The notes under the pieces are model-generated. The model searched no databases and had not been told where the DNA came from. It saw only the letters and a list, made by a program, of their open reading frames with translations. Positions 19,004 through 29,498 of a stretch of 64,000 nt of DNA are shown here, one piece after another (position 1 is the first letter of the stretch; the number at the start of each line of letters is the position of its first letter). Where the stretch lies: the NCBI GenBank assembly GCA_963707955.1, contig OY970176.1, forward strand, positions 1,120,001 to 1,184,000, given 5' to 3'. This DNA comes from Candidatus Bathyarchaeota archaeon (GTDB lineage: Archaea; Thermoproteota; Bathyarchaeia; Bathyarchaeales; Bathycorpusculaceae). A program made the translations under genes and the position numbers.

Positions 19004-20191
19004 ATGAGCTGGAGAAACGTTGCCGAGATCTCTAAACAAGTCTACTGGGTAGGCATAAGAGACTGGAACAGAAGACTCTTCGACGCGCTGATTCCGCTTC
19101 CCAGAGGGACAACATACAATTCGTACTTAGTGATTGGATCTGCAAAAAAAGCGGTGATTGACACTGTCAACCCTGGTTTTGAAAAGGAATGGCAAGAAAA
19201 AATCAGCAAAGTTGTGAACCCTGCTGACATCGATTATGTGATAATGAATCATGCCGAACCTGACCACGCAGGCTCAATTCCGCACATGATGGCAATCAAC
19301 AGCAAGGCCATGCTCGTTACAACAAGCCAGGGGGCAAAGATGGCACGCGTCTTTTACAAGGTGCCTGAAAACAGGATAAAGGCCGTTGCAAACGGAGATT
19401 CGCTCGATCTTGGTGGCAAGACGCTGAGGTTCATCGAGGCCCCGATGCTTCACTGGCCCGAAACAATGTTCACATACCTTCCAGAGAACAAGACCCTGTT
19501 TCCATGCGACTTCTTCGGGTCACACGTCGCACAGGGACTGTTCGACGATGAAATAGAAGACTTACTCGTATTCGCCCAGAAGTATTTCGGCGAAATTATG
19601 ATGCCTTTCAGGTTCAACGCTCAAAAAGGCATGGAAAAAATCAAAGACCTAGAGATCAACATGATCGCACCGAGCCACGGCCCCATACATAGAAACCCAG
19701 AACGAATTCTGTCTGCTTACCGAAAATGGGTAAACGGAGAAACTAGACAGAAGACAATCATAGTCTACGCGACCATGTGGAACAGCACAGAGAAAATGGT
19801 CAAAGCAATTGAAGATACCTTAACCTCCGAAGGAATAGAAGTGGCAAAGCACAACCTAGCCGTGGGAGACATAGGTGAATTGGCAAGAGACTTGGTTGAC
19901 TCGCGAGCCATCGTATTAGGGGCGCCCACGGTGCTCGGCGGGGCTCATCCGCTGGCGATGTACGCGACGTACTTGGCAAGGGTTCTTCGTCCACCGACAA
20001 AGTTTGCGGTCGTGCTCACCTCGTACGGCTGGAGCGGAGGGGCGATAAAACACATTCAGGAAACGCTGGGACCGACAAAAATGGAAATCGTTGGAGCCCT
20101 AGAGATCAACGGTCCACCAACAGAAGCCGACATCGACAAGATAGTGGAGTATGGGAAGATTCTTGCAAAGAAAATCAAGGAACAAGGCTAA
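19004..20191 (+). CDS. fprA: Flavodiiron protein (A-type flavoprotein)
   Basis: GTTYNSY, HAEPDH, HWPE, PCDFFG, PSHG, C-terminal flavodoxin domain. Confidence 0.95.
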   Translation: MSWRNVAEISKQVYWVGIRDWNRRLFDALIPLPRGTTYNSYLVIGSAKKAVIDTVNPGFEKEWQEKISKVVNPADIDYVIMNHAEPDHAGSIPHMMAINSKAMLVTTSQGAKMARVFYKVPENRIKAVANGDSLDLGGKTLRFIEAPMLHWPETMFTYLPENKTLFPCDFFGSHVAQGLFDDEIEDLLVFAQKYFGEIMMPFRFNAQKGMEKIKDLEINMIAPSHGPIHRNPERILSAYRKWVNGETRQKTIIVYATMWNSTEKMVKAIEDTLTSEGIEVAKHNLAVGDIGELARDLVDSRAIVLGAPTVLGGAHPLAMYATYLARVLRPPTKFAVVLTSYGWSGGAIKHIQETLGPTKMEIVGALEINGPPTEADIDKIVEYGKILAKKIKEQG

Positions 20192-20260
20192 AAGATCTGC
20201 GCCGCTATCTTTTTAATACCTGTAATGAGTGAACCTACGGGCTGAGAAGGTGCAAACAGT

Positions 20261-21487
20261 ATGAGCGGGATGGATGAAACTAAGAAAAAGCTGTTGAAGG
20301 AGATAATCCAGCAGTTGCCGGGGGGAGCGTCGCCAGAGGAGGTTAAAGAAAGGTTCAGGGAAACCCTCAAGGGCGTAACCTCCGAGGACATCGTCAAGGT
20401 TGAACAGGAACTCGTCAAGGAAGGAATGCCACGCGAAGAACTGCAGAAGCTCTGCGACATACACATGGCAATCTTCGGCGAACAACTGCAGGAGCAGGAG
20501 TTACTCATTTCACGTGGACACCCCGTCAGCATTCTCATCGAAGAGCACAGTATTATGCTTCAACGCGCTGAGAGACTGGAAACGCTATTGGGCATGGTTG
20601 AAGAGGCGTGCGACTCCGTTTACGTTGGAGACGTCTTGACTGAACTGCAAAACATAGCAAAGGAATTTCAGGATTCGGAAAAACATTACCTGAGGGAGGA
20701 GAACGTCCTCTTTCCCATGGTGGAGAAGCATGGAATCACAGAACCTCCGGCTATCATGTGGATGGAACACGACAAGATAAGAGAGGTCAAGAAGAAGTTC
20801 ACCAACCTTGTTGAAAAATGGAACACCATGACTTACGAAGAGTTCAAGAAAAGACTGAGCGACGCGACGAAACCATTGTGCAGTTTGCTTCCATCTCACT
20901 TTTACAAAGAAAACAACATACTGTTCCCAGCGGCTCTGGAATCAGTTTCGATCGAAGAGTGGGAAGAGGTTAGGAAAGAGTTCGACGAGATAGGCTACTG
21001 CTGCTTCACACCTCCAGCCGCAACGGTGAGAATGCAGGTTGGAGAGCCAAGAGGCAAAGCGGAACCCTTGACTGAGGAAACACTGAAGTTTGAGACCGGA
21101 AGCCTTTCAAAAGAAGAAGTTGAGGCTATTCTTGACTCGCTTCCCATAGACATATCGTTCGTCGACAGGAATGACAGCGTGAAGTACTTCAACAAGGCTG
21201 AAAAGAGGATCTTCGTGCGCACAAAAGCCGTGATCGGCCGAAAAGTGCAGATGTGCCACCCGCAGAAAAGCGTCCACATAGTGAACAAGATCGTGGATGC
21301 CTTCAAAAAAGGCAGGAAAGATTCGGCTGAATTCTGGATCACGATGGGCGGTCGATTCGTTCACATCAGATACTTCGCAGTCAGAGATAAGAGCGGAAAA
21401 TACCTTGGAACGATGGAAGTGACACAGGACTTGACTGACATAAAAAAGCTTGAGGGCGAAAAGAGACTTCTCGACTGGACAGAATAG
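20261..21487 (+). CDS. DUF438 + hemerythrin + PAS domain protein
   Basis: EQELVKEG..LCDIH, HYLREENVLFP, MWMEHD, CHPQKS, EVTQD. Confidence 0.9.
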   Translation: MSGMDETKKKLLKEIIQQLPGGASPEEVKERFRETLKGVTSEDIVKVEQELVKEGMPREELQKLCDIHMAIFGEQLQEQELLISRGHPVSILIEEHSIMLQRAERLETLLGMVEEACDSVYVGDVLTELQNIAKEFQDSEKHYLREENVLFPMVEKHGITEPPAIMWMEHDKIREVKKKFTNLVEKWNTMTYEEFKKRLSDATKPLCSLLPSHFYKENNILFPAALESVSIEEWEEVRKEFDEIGYCCFTPPAATVRMQVGEPRGKAEPLTEETLKFETGSLSKEEVEAILDSLPIDISFVDRNDSVKYFNKAEKRIFVRTKAVIGRKVQMCHPQKSVHIVNKIVDAFKKGRKDSAEFWITMGGRFVHIRYFAVRDKSGKYLGTMEVTQDLTDIKKLEGEKRLLDWTE

Positions 21488-21503
21488 TTCGACAGAATAA
21501 GCG

Positions 21504-21830
21504 TTATTTTTTCTTTCTGTTTTTTTTGTTGTCAAGTTTCTTGGTTCGCTTCTTCTTGAAGAACCAAGGATATCGCTGCATGTCCTCGTAGATGGGTCTA
21601 GGCATTCGTCCAGTATAGATGTCCGGATGCCCTTCAGGGGACACAATGGGATACTTCAGTCGGACGTTCTTGATTGTCATCCGATACACTACGTAAATCG
21701 AAAAGACGAAGGCCGCTAAGACAATCGCCAAGGGCCAAACCCACCCAGCATACGCAAAACCGGCAATGGGAAGCGAATACATGACAACGACAAAAAGGAA
21801 ACCTAACCAGAACCTGGCCTTCCTGTCCAA
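21504..21830 (-). CDS. Small two-TM membrane protein with basic tail
   Basis: Likely TTG start at 21830 (MDRKARFW...); two hydrophobic helices and a K-rich C-terminus. Confidence 0.6.
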   Translation of the reverse strand: MDRKARFWLGFLFVVVMYSLPIAGFAYAGWVWPLAIVLAAFVFSIYVVYRMTIKNVRLKYPIVSPEGHPDIYTGRMPRPIYEDMQRYPWFFKKKRTKKLDNKKNRKKK

Positions 21831-22220
21831 CTCTTTCCCTGAAAGAACAAACAGACAAATCTCACTTATACACTTTGTTCGCAGACCTGGAGCATGTACG
21901 CCTAGATTGTTGGGCAGGATAACATCGGCTTGCAAAATCAAGAAAAAGGAAAGTCTAGCTCGCGTTCGCGGTCGCGAGAGCTTGTTCTGCCACAGACTCG
22001 AGGGAACCAGTTCAAAAAGCGTTCCTGTGTGGAAAGAAGAACAAGACGATGAAAATGAGGCGTTCGCCCACATGGCCTACTTTTCGCAACAATGGGCGAA
22101 ATCTTTCGAAGGCCGAAATATGGACTCAGATTAAAAAGAGTTTCAAATAGGAAAGGTTTTTAGTTTAGTTGTCATATGAAAGACTGCAACAGATTAGGAT
22201 AGATTGTGAGGAATGTATGA

Positions 22221-22949
22221 ATGTCCGTATTTGCAGCACCAGGCGCTTACGACCGTGCCATAACTGTTTTTTCACCAGACGGCCGGCTTTTTCAAGTTGA
22301 ATACGCGATGGAGTTGGTCAACCGTGGAGCTACGATCTTGGCCATCCGCTGCTCGGGAGGAGTCGTTTTGGGAGCGGAAGAGACGGCTGACCCCCTTGAA
22401 GAATCAGAATACTCTTGGAAAATCTTCAAGATAGATGACCATGTGTGCGCAGGCATCGTGGGCTTGAGCTCAGACGCGCGCATACTGATAGACCAAGCAA
22501 GGGTTTACGCTCAGTCGAACAAGCTGACGTACGACGAGCCGATCGACACGGAAGTCGTGACCAAGAGAATATGCGACATAAAGCAACTCTACACGCAACA
22601 CGCGGGCGTGAGACCCTTCGGAGTCTCCATGATCTTCGCCGGAGTCGACAAGACTGGAAGCCGCGTGTTCGGAACCCACCCAAGCGGAACCTACAGGGGA
22701 TACAAGGCAAGAGCAGAGGGCGCTGGGAGAGAAACAGTCTTCAATATACTGAAAGAAGAGTACAAGGAAGAAATAGACCTCAAAGAAGCCACAAAGCTTG
22801 CCGTGAAATGCCTGGCAAAAGCCCTAGAGGCAAGGCAGCTTCCTCCAAGGGTAAAAGTTGCACTGATCCCATCGGAGACCCAGAGAATGGAGATCTTGGG
22901 CGACGAAAAAGTCGATGCTATCATAAAAGAGCTAGGCGTTGGCAAGTGA
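22221..22949 (+). CDS. psmA: Proteasome subunit alpha
   Basis: YDRAITVFSPDGRLFQVEYA, RPFGVS. Confidence 0.98.
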   Translation: MSVFAAPGAYDRAITVFSPDGRLFQVEYAMELVNRGATILAIRCSGGVVLGAEETADPLEESEYSWKIFKIDDHVCAGIVGLSSDARILIDQARVYAQSNKLTYDEPIDTEVVTKRICDIKQLYTQHAGVRPFGVSMIFAGVDKTGSRVFGTHPSGTYRGYKARAEGAGRETVFNILKEEYKEEIDLKEATKLAVKCLAKALEARQLPPRVKVALIPSETQRMEILGDEKVDAIIKELGVGK

Positions 22950-22956
22950 AACGTCG

Positions 22957-23646
22957 ATGAGTGATAAGTACACCGTTGCACGCATGACAAAGGACAACGA
23001 ACACTTTGAGGTCCTCGTCAAACCCCAAAAGGCCCTAGACTACCGCATGGGGAAAACGGCCTCAGTAACCGAGGTCTTGGCTGCCGAAACAATATTCTCA
23101 GACGCGAACAAGGGCACGAAGGCTTCGGAGGAAAACCTGCGCAAAGCGTTTGACACGACTGACGCGTTGAAAATAGCAGAAGCGATACTGACCAAGGGAA
23201 CCTTGCAGCTTACGACAGAGCAACGTAGAAAGATGACCGAGGACAAGAGGAGACAGATCGTCGACTTCATATCGAGGCAGAGCGTTGACCCCAAGACAAA
23301 CCTTCCGCACCCGCCTGCACGCATAGAAAACGCCATGGAACAGGTACGCTATTCGATAGACCCGTTCAAGCCCGTGGAAGAGCAGGCAAAAGAAATCATC
23401 AAATCGTTGCGAGCTATTCTGCCACTCAAAATGGAGCAAATATCGCTGGGCGTCACGATACCGGCAACGTACTCAGCAAGAGCCTACGGGTCTATCAAGG
23501 GTTTCGGAACGATAAAACACGAAGAATGGCGCGCAGACGGCTCATGGTACGGCATTCTTGAAATGCCTGCAGGTACCTACGCCCCCTTCCTAGATAAACT
23601 CGGTGAATTGACGAAGGGAAGTGGGGAAGCAAAAATAGTTCGTTAA
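22957..23646 (+). CDS. Ribosome maturation factor SBDS/SDO1
   Basis: HFEVLV, IFSDANKG, PHPPARIENA; superoperon position. Confidence 0.96.
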   Translation: MSDKYTVARMTKDNEHFEVLVKPQKALDYRMGKTASVTEVLAAETIFSDANKGTKASEENLRKAFDTTDALKIAEAILTKGTLQLTTEQRRKMTEDKRRQIVDFISRQSVDPKTNLPHPPARIENAMEQVRYSIDPFKPVEEQAKEIIKSLRAILPLKMEQISLGVTIPATYSARAYGSIKGFGTIKHEEWRADGSWYGILEMPAGTYAPFLDKLGELTKGSGEAKIVR

Positions 23647-23674
23647 GAGTTTTATGAACGATCAGGTGTAGAAC

Positions 23675-24382
23675 ATGCCAATACTTTTAGAAAGAAAACA
23701 ACTTGTGACTCCTGGAGACTTGATCGCAGAAGGCGAGTACATCGCCGGAGAGAACACATTCGCAGAAAACAACAAAATCTACGCAACACGCGTTGGAATA
23801 GTTGAATACGAAAACAAGAGAGTGGACGTAGTGGCCCTAAAAGCCTTCTACATCCCAAGAGCCGGAGACATAGTCATAGGAACGATCACAGAAGTCGGAT
23901 TCAACGGGTGGACAGTGGACATAAACTCACCATACATCGCCCTCTTGAGAGCATCAGACGTCCTCAGTAGGCCTTTCAAGCCTCAGAAGGACGACCTTCC
24001 CCAAGTCCTCGACGCGGGAGACCTGGTGGTTGCAAAAATAGTCTCCTACGACAGAACACACGACCCGCAGCTGACCGTTGCAGAACCAGGATTGGGAAAG
24101 ATCACCCGTGGACAAATAGTCAAAATCACACCGACAAAGATCCCACGTGTGATCGGAAGAAAAGGCTCGATGATATCCATGATAAAGCAGGAAACAGGAT
24201 GCAACATAATCCTGGGACTCAACGGAGTCGTTCTGGTCACGGGGAAAACATTAGAAGACGAACAGCTCGCGCTGAGAGCGATCCTTAAAATTGAGTACGA
24301 GTCACACACCAGCGGCCTAACAGACCGCATAACCCAGATGCTTCGAGAAGAAAAATCAAAAAGGGAGGAAAACCAAAAATGA
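23675..24382 (+). CDS. rrp4: Exosome RNA-binding subunit Rrp4
   Basis: VTPGD, S1 domain, KH motif [10 protein letters not shown]. Confidence 0.96.
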   Translation: MPILLERKQLVTPGDLIAEGEYIAGENTFAENNKIYATRVGIVEYENKRVDVVALKAFYIPRAGDIVIGTITEVGFNGWTVDINSPYIALLRASDVLSRPFKPQKDDLPQVLDAGDLVVAKIVSYDRTHDPQLTVAEPGLGKITRGQIVKITPTKIPRVIGRKGSMISMIKQETGCNIILGLNGVVLVTGKTLEDEQLALRAILKIEYESHTSGLTDRITQMLREEKSKREENQK

Positions 24383-25128
24383 ATGATAAACCTGAAAAGT
24401 TAATCGATAAGAAAGGCCTGAGACTGGATGGAAGAAAACCAGACGAGTTGAGGCCTGTAAAGCTTGAAGTAGGCGTCATATCGAACGCCGACGGTTCAGC
24501 GTACATTGAACATGGAAAAAACAAGATTCTGGCAGCCGTGTACGGCCCAAGAGAAGTGCATCCTAAACACTTGGCGCTTCAAGACCGAACAGTCGTGAAG
24601 TGCCGCTATCACATGGCACCATTCTCTGTCCAAGAACGCAAATCGCCCGCACCTTCAAGAAGAGAAGTTGAACTCTCAAAAATGATAAGAGAATCTCTTG
24701 AACCCGCTATCTTCATGGAATACTACCCCCGAACAATGATAGATGTACTCATAGAAGTGCTGCAGGCTGACGGGGGAACAAGATGCGCAAGCATAACAGC
24801 CGCGGCCTTAGCCCTCGCAGATTCAGGAATTCCAATGAGGGACCTGGTCGTAGCATGCGCAGCGGGCAAAATTGACAACACGGTGGTGCTCGACCTCATG
24901 GACACCGAGGACAAAGTAGGCTCCGCAGATGTCCCTGTGGCTCTGATGCCCAACCTGAACGCTGTGACACTTCTGCAGATGGACGGCAATCTGACACGTG
25001 AAGAGTTCGAGACCGCTGTTAACATGGCCCTTGAAGGATGCAGAAAGATCTACGCCATGCAGAAGGAGGCACTGAAGACGAAGTACGTCAACGTTGGCGA
25101 AGACATCAAGGAGGAGGCTGAAGATTGA
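24379..25128 (+). CDS. rrp41: Exosome exonuclease Rrp41
   Basis: RLDGR, ADGSA, QADGGTR, EDK.GSAD. Confidence 0.97.
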   Translation: MNDKPEKLIDKKGLRLDGRKPDELRPVKLEVGVISNADGSAYIEHGKNKILAAVYGPREVHPKHLALQDRTVVKCRYHMAPFSVQERKSPAPSRREVELSKMIRESLEPAIFMEYYPRTMIDVLIEVLQADGGTRCASITAAALALADSGIPMRDLVVACAAGKIDNTVVLDLMDTEDKVGSADVPVALMPNLNAVTLLQMDGNLTREEFETAVNMALEGCRKIYAMQKEALKTKYVNVGEDIKEEAED

Positions 25129-25919
25129 TGGCGCAAATAATCACGCGTGTAAAGCAGAAGCAGATTACACAGATGATAGACAAAGAAAAACGTATGGACG
25201 GCCGCGACCTGACAGATTATCGCGAGATGAAAATCGAGCAAGGCATCATCGAACGCGCTGAAGGCTCTGCCAGAGTGCTCCTAGGCAAAACAGAGGTCGT
25301 GGTCGGAGTGAAGATTGAGATGGGCGAACCGTTTCCAGACACCCCTAACGAAGGCGTCTTGACAGTCAACGCGGAACTCACGCCAATAGCCTCACCGGCT
25401 TTCGAGGCGGGACCACCAGGCGAGGATTCCATAGAACTTGCAAGAATCGTTGACAGGGGAATAAGAGAGTCAAAGGCCATCGACACGGAGAAACTCGTCA
25501 TCGAAGCCGGAAAGAAGGTCTTCGTAGTCTTCGTGGACATCTACGTCCTCAACCACGATGGAAACCTGATAGACGCGTCAGCGTTGGCTGCAGTGGCCGC
25601 CTTGCTCAACACGAAAATGGCCAACTACGAAGTCAAAGAAGGAGAAGTCAAAATCAAACCCGGCTACGAAAAACTTCCAATAAACAAGCGTCCGATAACA
25701 GTTACCGTTGCGAAGATAGGGAACAAGCTTGTCGTTGACCCGATGTTAGAGGAGGAACAGGTCATGGACGCAAGGATCTCGATGGCTATTGATGACGATG
25801 GCCACATATGCGCCATACAGAAGGGCGGCAGCGGGTACTTCGAACCAAACCAGGTGCTGGAAGCAGCGAAGATAATTGAACAAAAAGCCAAGGAAATGCG
25901 CAAGAAACTGAACTGGTGA
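25125..25919 (+). CDS. rrp42: Exosome subunit Rrp42
   Basis: [33 protein letters not shown]. Confidence 0.97.
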   Translation: MMAQIITRVKQKQITQMIDKEKRMDGRDLTDYREMKIEQGIIERAEGSARVLLGKTEVVVGVKIEMGEPFPDTPNEGVLTVNAELTPIASPAFEAGPPGEDSIELARIVDRGIRESKAIDTEKLVIEAGKKVFVVFVDIYVLNHDGNLIDASALAAVAALLNTKMANYEVKEGEVKIKPGYEKLPINKRPITVTVAKIGNKLVVDPMLEEEQVMDARISMAIDDDGHICAIQKGGSGYFEPNQVLEAAKIIEQKAKEMRKKLNW

Positions 25920-25927
25920 TACCCCTC

Positions 25928-26233
25928 ATGCCAAGAACTAAGAAAGTCGGACCCACAAGAGGCCTAGGACCTCGCTATGGCTCCACAGTCAGAAAACGCT
26001 ACATCAAAGTACTGGAAGAAATGAGAAAACCTCACAAGTGCCCACAATGCGGATTTCTCAGAGTCAAGAGAGAAAGCGTCGGCGTCTGGAAGTGCAGAAA
26101 GTGCGGGTTCACCTACACGGGCGGAGCTTACACACCGGTCACAAAGCTCGGCGTAGTGGCGAAACGCTCAGCCAAGGGATTACCAGCCGAAGAAACGATG
26201 AAAACAGCAGAAGAAGAGCCAGAAGCCGCCTAG
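25928..26233 (+). CDS. rpl37ae: 50S ribosomal protein L37Ae (eL43)
   Basis: GPRYG, CPQC, WKCRKC, GGAY. Confidence 0.96.
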   Translation: MPRTKKVGPTRGLGPRYGSTVRKRYIKVLEEMRKPHKCPQCGFLRVKRESVGVWKCRKCGFTYTGGAYTPVTKLGVVAKRSAKGLPAEETMKTAEEEPEAA

Positions 26234-26302
26234 TTTCTCCCATTTCACTATTCTGTTCAAAACCCATTTTTGATCACTAATAGTGGGTATGGAGCCGTAG
26301 CG

Positions 26303-26554
26303 GTGAAGACAAAGGCAACCGTACGTTTAAAGTTCCCTTCAGAACAAAAGCTACAAACGGTTCTCAACTCTTTGAAGCCGGAAACCAGCAGCCCTGCCAC
26401 CACCCGCGCTCGAACGATCTTGAAGGAAGAAGATGGGTCCCTGGTTTTAAGGGTCGAAGCCAACGACACCGTAGCCTTGCGCGCGTCTCTGAACGCTTAC
26501 CTGAGATGGATAAACTCCATCTTGAACGTCCTCGAAGTTCTAGAAGCACGATAA
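26303..26554 (+). CDS. pcc1: KEOPS complex subunit Pcc1
   Basis: LKPE, ALRASLNAYLRW; superoperon position. Confidence 0.88.
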   Translation: MKTKATVRLKFPSEQKLQTVLNSLKPETSSPATTRARTILKEEDGSLVLRVEANDTVALRASLNAYLRWINSILNVLEVLEAR

Positions 26555-26761
26555 TCTCACCCTCCATTGAGAAGTACTCGTTCAGAGCTCTGATCACCAA
26601 GTGTGTGTAGAAGACGAGACTATTGCTGAGCGCATCGAACGCTTTCTAAGCCTCACCCAAAACCTTCTGCCAAGCCCTCCTCACGCGCTCGCTTTCAAGC
26701 CCGCGCAAAGTCAGAAGGGCCTTCCCCAACACCTACAGAGAGGACTCACCCCCTAGAGGGG

Positions 26762-26828
26762 GAGGGTGAAATAGACGGGGTCAAAACGCGAATACAGGGA
26801 CGTTAAGCCTTCCGTTAAAACGCGAACA
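26762..26828 (+). repeat. Dispersed ~65-bp intergenic repeat, copy 1 (copy 2 at 53863-53930)
   Basis: GAGGGT...TAGACG..GT.AAAACGCGAA(T)ACAGGGA..GTTAA...AAACGCG is shared by both sites. Confidence 0.6.
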
Positions 26829-26921
26829 CGGGCAACAGCAATGACAGCGATGGTTCATGAGGCGCTGAGAAAATGTTAATTAACAGCTCGGCTTATTGCA
26901 GTCCAGACGGAAGGAATAAAG

Positions 26922-27290
26922 GTGAGTGATGAAGAGTCAACGCTTCCGCCCCAAGTTCAAGAGCGTCTGCTGAGACTTCAGCAGCTTCAACAAACGCTCC
27001 AATCAGTCGTGGGGCAGAAGCAGCAAGTGCAACTGGAACTGATGGAGATCGACCAAGCCTTGAATGAACTGCAAAAACTAACCGATGACGCAGTCATTTA
27101 CAAGGCAACAGGCTCACTTCTAGTTAAATCTGAAAAAACCAGGGTAACAACAGACCTGAACGAACGAAAAGAACTGCTCAACACGCGAGTAACTGTCCTC
27201 GGAAAGCAAGAAGAGCGCTTACGAGGCCAACTGAAAGACGTCCAAGCCAAGCTTCAACAGGACCTGAACCCCGTTTCCCCAACCGCCTAG
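26922..27290 (+). CDS. pfdB: Prefoldin beta subunit
   Basis: LPPQVQ, Q-rich coiled coils, IYKATGSLLV hairpin. Confidence 0.95.
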   Translation: MSDEESTLPPQVQERLLRLQQLQQTLQSVVGQKQQVQLELMEIDQALNELQKLTDDAVIYKATGSLLVKSEKTRVTTDLNERKELLNTRVTVLGKQEERLRGQLKDVQAKLQQDLNPVSPTA

Positions 27291-27310
27291 CGGCAAAAAC
27301 GGGTGAAAAC

Positions 27311-27613
27311 GTGGAAGAGCTCGGCTTACCAGACTTAACCAGCGAACAGGTCGAGCAACTGTGCTCGACGGCAGAAGAAGCAGCGAGGAAGCACGTTCTA
27401 AGGCGGGTCCCATCAAAGAAGATAGAAACCCTGAACATAAGCGCTGAAGCAGACCGCACAAAACCCCTGAGACTAGCAGTGGACGTAGACATTCGGCTGT
27501 CAACGCGCGAAGAAAGTTTTAACATACAAAAACTCGCTGACGAAGCCGTGAGAGAAGCATTCGCCTCGGCTGAAAAATACCTGAGGGAACTGGCTTGTCA
27601 TACGCGGAAATAG
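27311..27613 (+). CDS. DUF3194-family protein
   Basis: GLPDLT.EQ...AEEAAR pattern; usual position after pfdB. Confidence 0.75.
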   Translation: MEELGLPDLTSEQVEQLCSTAEEAARKHVLRRVPSKKIETLNISAEADRTKPLRLAVDVDIRLSTREESFNIQKLADEAVREAFASAEKYLRELACHTRK

Positions 27614-28590
27614 CCAAACTCTTAGAAACACTGGATGCAAGACTAGTCGTTCTTCTATGTCACCACAACGCTGACCCGGACGCAATCTGCTCCTCGTACG
27701 CCTTCGCAAGCCTGGTCAAACAGACACGCCCGCAAACAGAAATCGAGGTCGGAGCCGCCCAAGGAATAAGCCGACTCTCAAAACATCTTCTACAATACTT
27801 ACCCATAAACGTTAAGCCACAACCCAGCGTCGAGAAAGCAGACGTAATCGTGCTGCTCGACACCAACACGATCCAGCAGTTGGACACCCTCTCGGAAAAA
27901 GTAAAAGACTCAAGAGCTCCAATCATAGTGATCGACCATCACGCAAGCCACCCCGAAACAGAAAGCCTCGCAAAAATCTGTATAACCAACGAAGAATCAT
28001 CATCAACATGCGAAATCATCTACAACTTCTACAAGGAAACGGGCATAAAGCCCGGCGAAACCGAAGCCAAAGCACTGTTCCTAGGCATAACATTCGACAC
28101 GCGACACTTCGTCCTAGCCAGCTCAACCACACTGAAAAACATCGCAGAACTCATCGACGCCGGCGTGAACGCACAGGAAACCTTAGCGATGCTCTCCCTG
28201 CCGATGGACTTCTCCGAACGAGTAGCAAGACTCAAGGCCTCGCGAAGAACCAAACTCTTCAAGATCAACGAATGGATAATAGCCCTCTCCCACGTCAGCG
28301 CCTACGAAGCCTCAGCAGCCCGAGCCCTCATCGAACTGGGCGCCCACGTCGCAGCCGTCGCAGGAACAAAAAACGGCAAGATCGAAATCAGCCTACGAAG
28401 CTCCCTTGAGTTCCACAAAAAGACCAACATACACTTGGGAAGAGACATAGCGAAACCGCTGGGCGAACACCTCCACGGCATGGGCGGAGGACACGCCACG
28501 GCCGCCGGAGTAAACGGCGAAGGAGACATAGAAATCGGGCTTAAATGGTGTTTTTCCCTTCTTAAGGAAAGGCTTGGTAGCCACAATTAA
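27595..28590 (+). CDS. DHH/DHHA1 phosphoesterase
   Basis: HHNADPDA, LLDT, IDHH, GGGHATAAG. Confidence 0.93.
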   Translation: MSYAEIAKLLETLDARLVVLLCHHNADPDAICSSYAFASLVKQTRPQTEIEVGAAQGISRLSKHLLQYLPINVKPQPSVEKADVIVLLDTNTIQQLDTLSEKVKDSRAPIIVIDHHASHPETESLAKICITNEESSSTCEIIYNFYKETGIKPGETEAKALFLGITFDTRHFVLASSTTLKNIAELIDAGVNAQETLAMLSLPMDFSERVARLKASRRTKLFKINEWIIALSHVSAYEASAARALIELGAHVAAVAGTKNGKIEISLRSSLEFHKKTNIHLGRDIAKPLGEHLHGMGGGHATAAGVNGEGDIEIGLKWCFSLLKERLGSHN

Positions 28591-28646
28591 GTAGCTACTC
28601 TTAAATGAGCCGAAAACCCGCTTCAAGACAGGCAGGCATCGGTTCT

Positions 28647-29498
28647 ATGGCCGTCATCGAAACAAAAGAACTTACGTACACCTACCCAGGCGCAACAAGA
28701 CATTCTATCGAGGACATTTCCATAAAAATAGAGAAAGGCGAGTTCACACTGATCACTGGACCAAGCGGCTGCGGAAAAACAACCCTATGCCGATGCTTCA
28801 ACGGCCTAATCCCTCACTTCTACCAAGGCGAAATCAAAGGTCAGGTTTTTCTCGCCGGACTGAACGTTGCTGACCACCAGATCTATGAACTAGCTAAACA
28901 CGCAGGGCTCGTCTTCCAAAACCCGGAGAACCAGCTCTTCGCGCTTTCCGTCGAAAAAGACGTGGCGTTCGGGCTTGAAAACCTAGGAGTCCCAAGGGAA
29001 GAAATGCGCAAAAAAGTGGACTGGGCCCTAGAGTTAACAGGGATCTACGGTCTGAGGGAAAGAGCTCCACACGAGCTTTCAGGCGGACAGCAACAACGCG
29101 TTGCGATAGCCTCCGTCCTAGCGATGCAGCCTGAGGTGATAGTCCTGGATGAACCGACCTCCTTCCTCGACCCCCTGAGCGCAAGAAGAATATTCGAGAC
29201 GATCCACCAGCTGAACAAAACTCTGGAAATAACAGTGGTACTGGTGGAACACAGGCTAGACTTGACAGCCAGGTTTGCGAACCACATAATCATAATGAAC
29301 GAGGGAAAGGTCGTCTCCGACGGCGACCCTCACGATATTCTACAGTCAGAAGAAACACGTCTAATCGGAGTTGGAATTCCAAAAGCAACGCGTCTCTATG
29401 AGATGCTGCGAAAGGCCGGAGTGAAACTGGGCAACAAACTTCCGCTGTCTTCGGAAGAAATGGCAACTATGCTCAAGGAGGCTCTCAAAACCGAATGA
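28647..29498 (+). CDS. ecfA1: ECF transporter ATPase A1
   Basis: GPSGCGKT, FQNPENQ, LSGGQQQR, LDEPT. Confidence 0.92.
   Translation: MAVIETKELTYTYPGATRHSIEDISIKIEKGEFTLITGPSGCGKTTLCRCFNGLIPHFYQGEIKGQVFLAGLNVADHQIYELAKHAGLVFQNPENQLFALSVEKDVAFGLENLGVPREEMRKKVDWALELTGIYGLRERAPHELSGGQQQRVAIASVLAMQPEVIVLDEPTSFLDPLSARRIFETIHQLNKTLEITVVLVEHRLDLTARFANHIIIMNEGKVVSDGDPHDILQSEETRLIGVGIPKATRLYEMLRKAGVKLGNKLPLSSEEMATMLKEALKTE

Noticed and set aside
26478-26486. GCGCGCG inside pcc1 (and similar short runs in rpiA, vapC and pip) as junction motifs
   Set aside because: They lie within intact coding sequence as Arg/Ala codons, without the shared flanks.
26555-26921. Replication origin, SRP RNA or RNase P RNA in the long spacers
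   Set aside because: No clear ORB consensus, no adjacent cdc6/orc1, and no SRP helix-8 or RNase P signature recognisable by eye.
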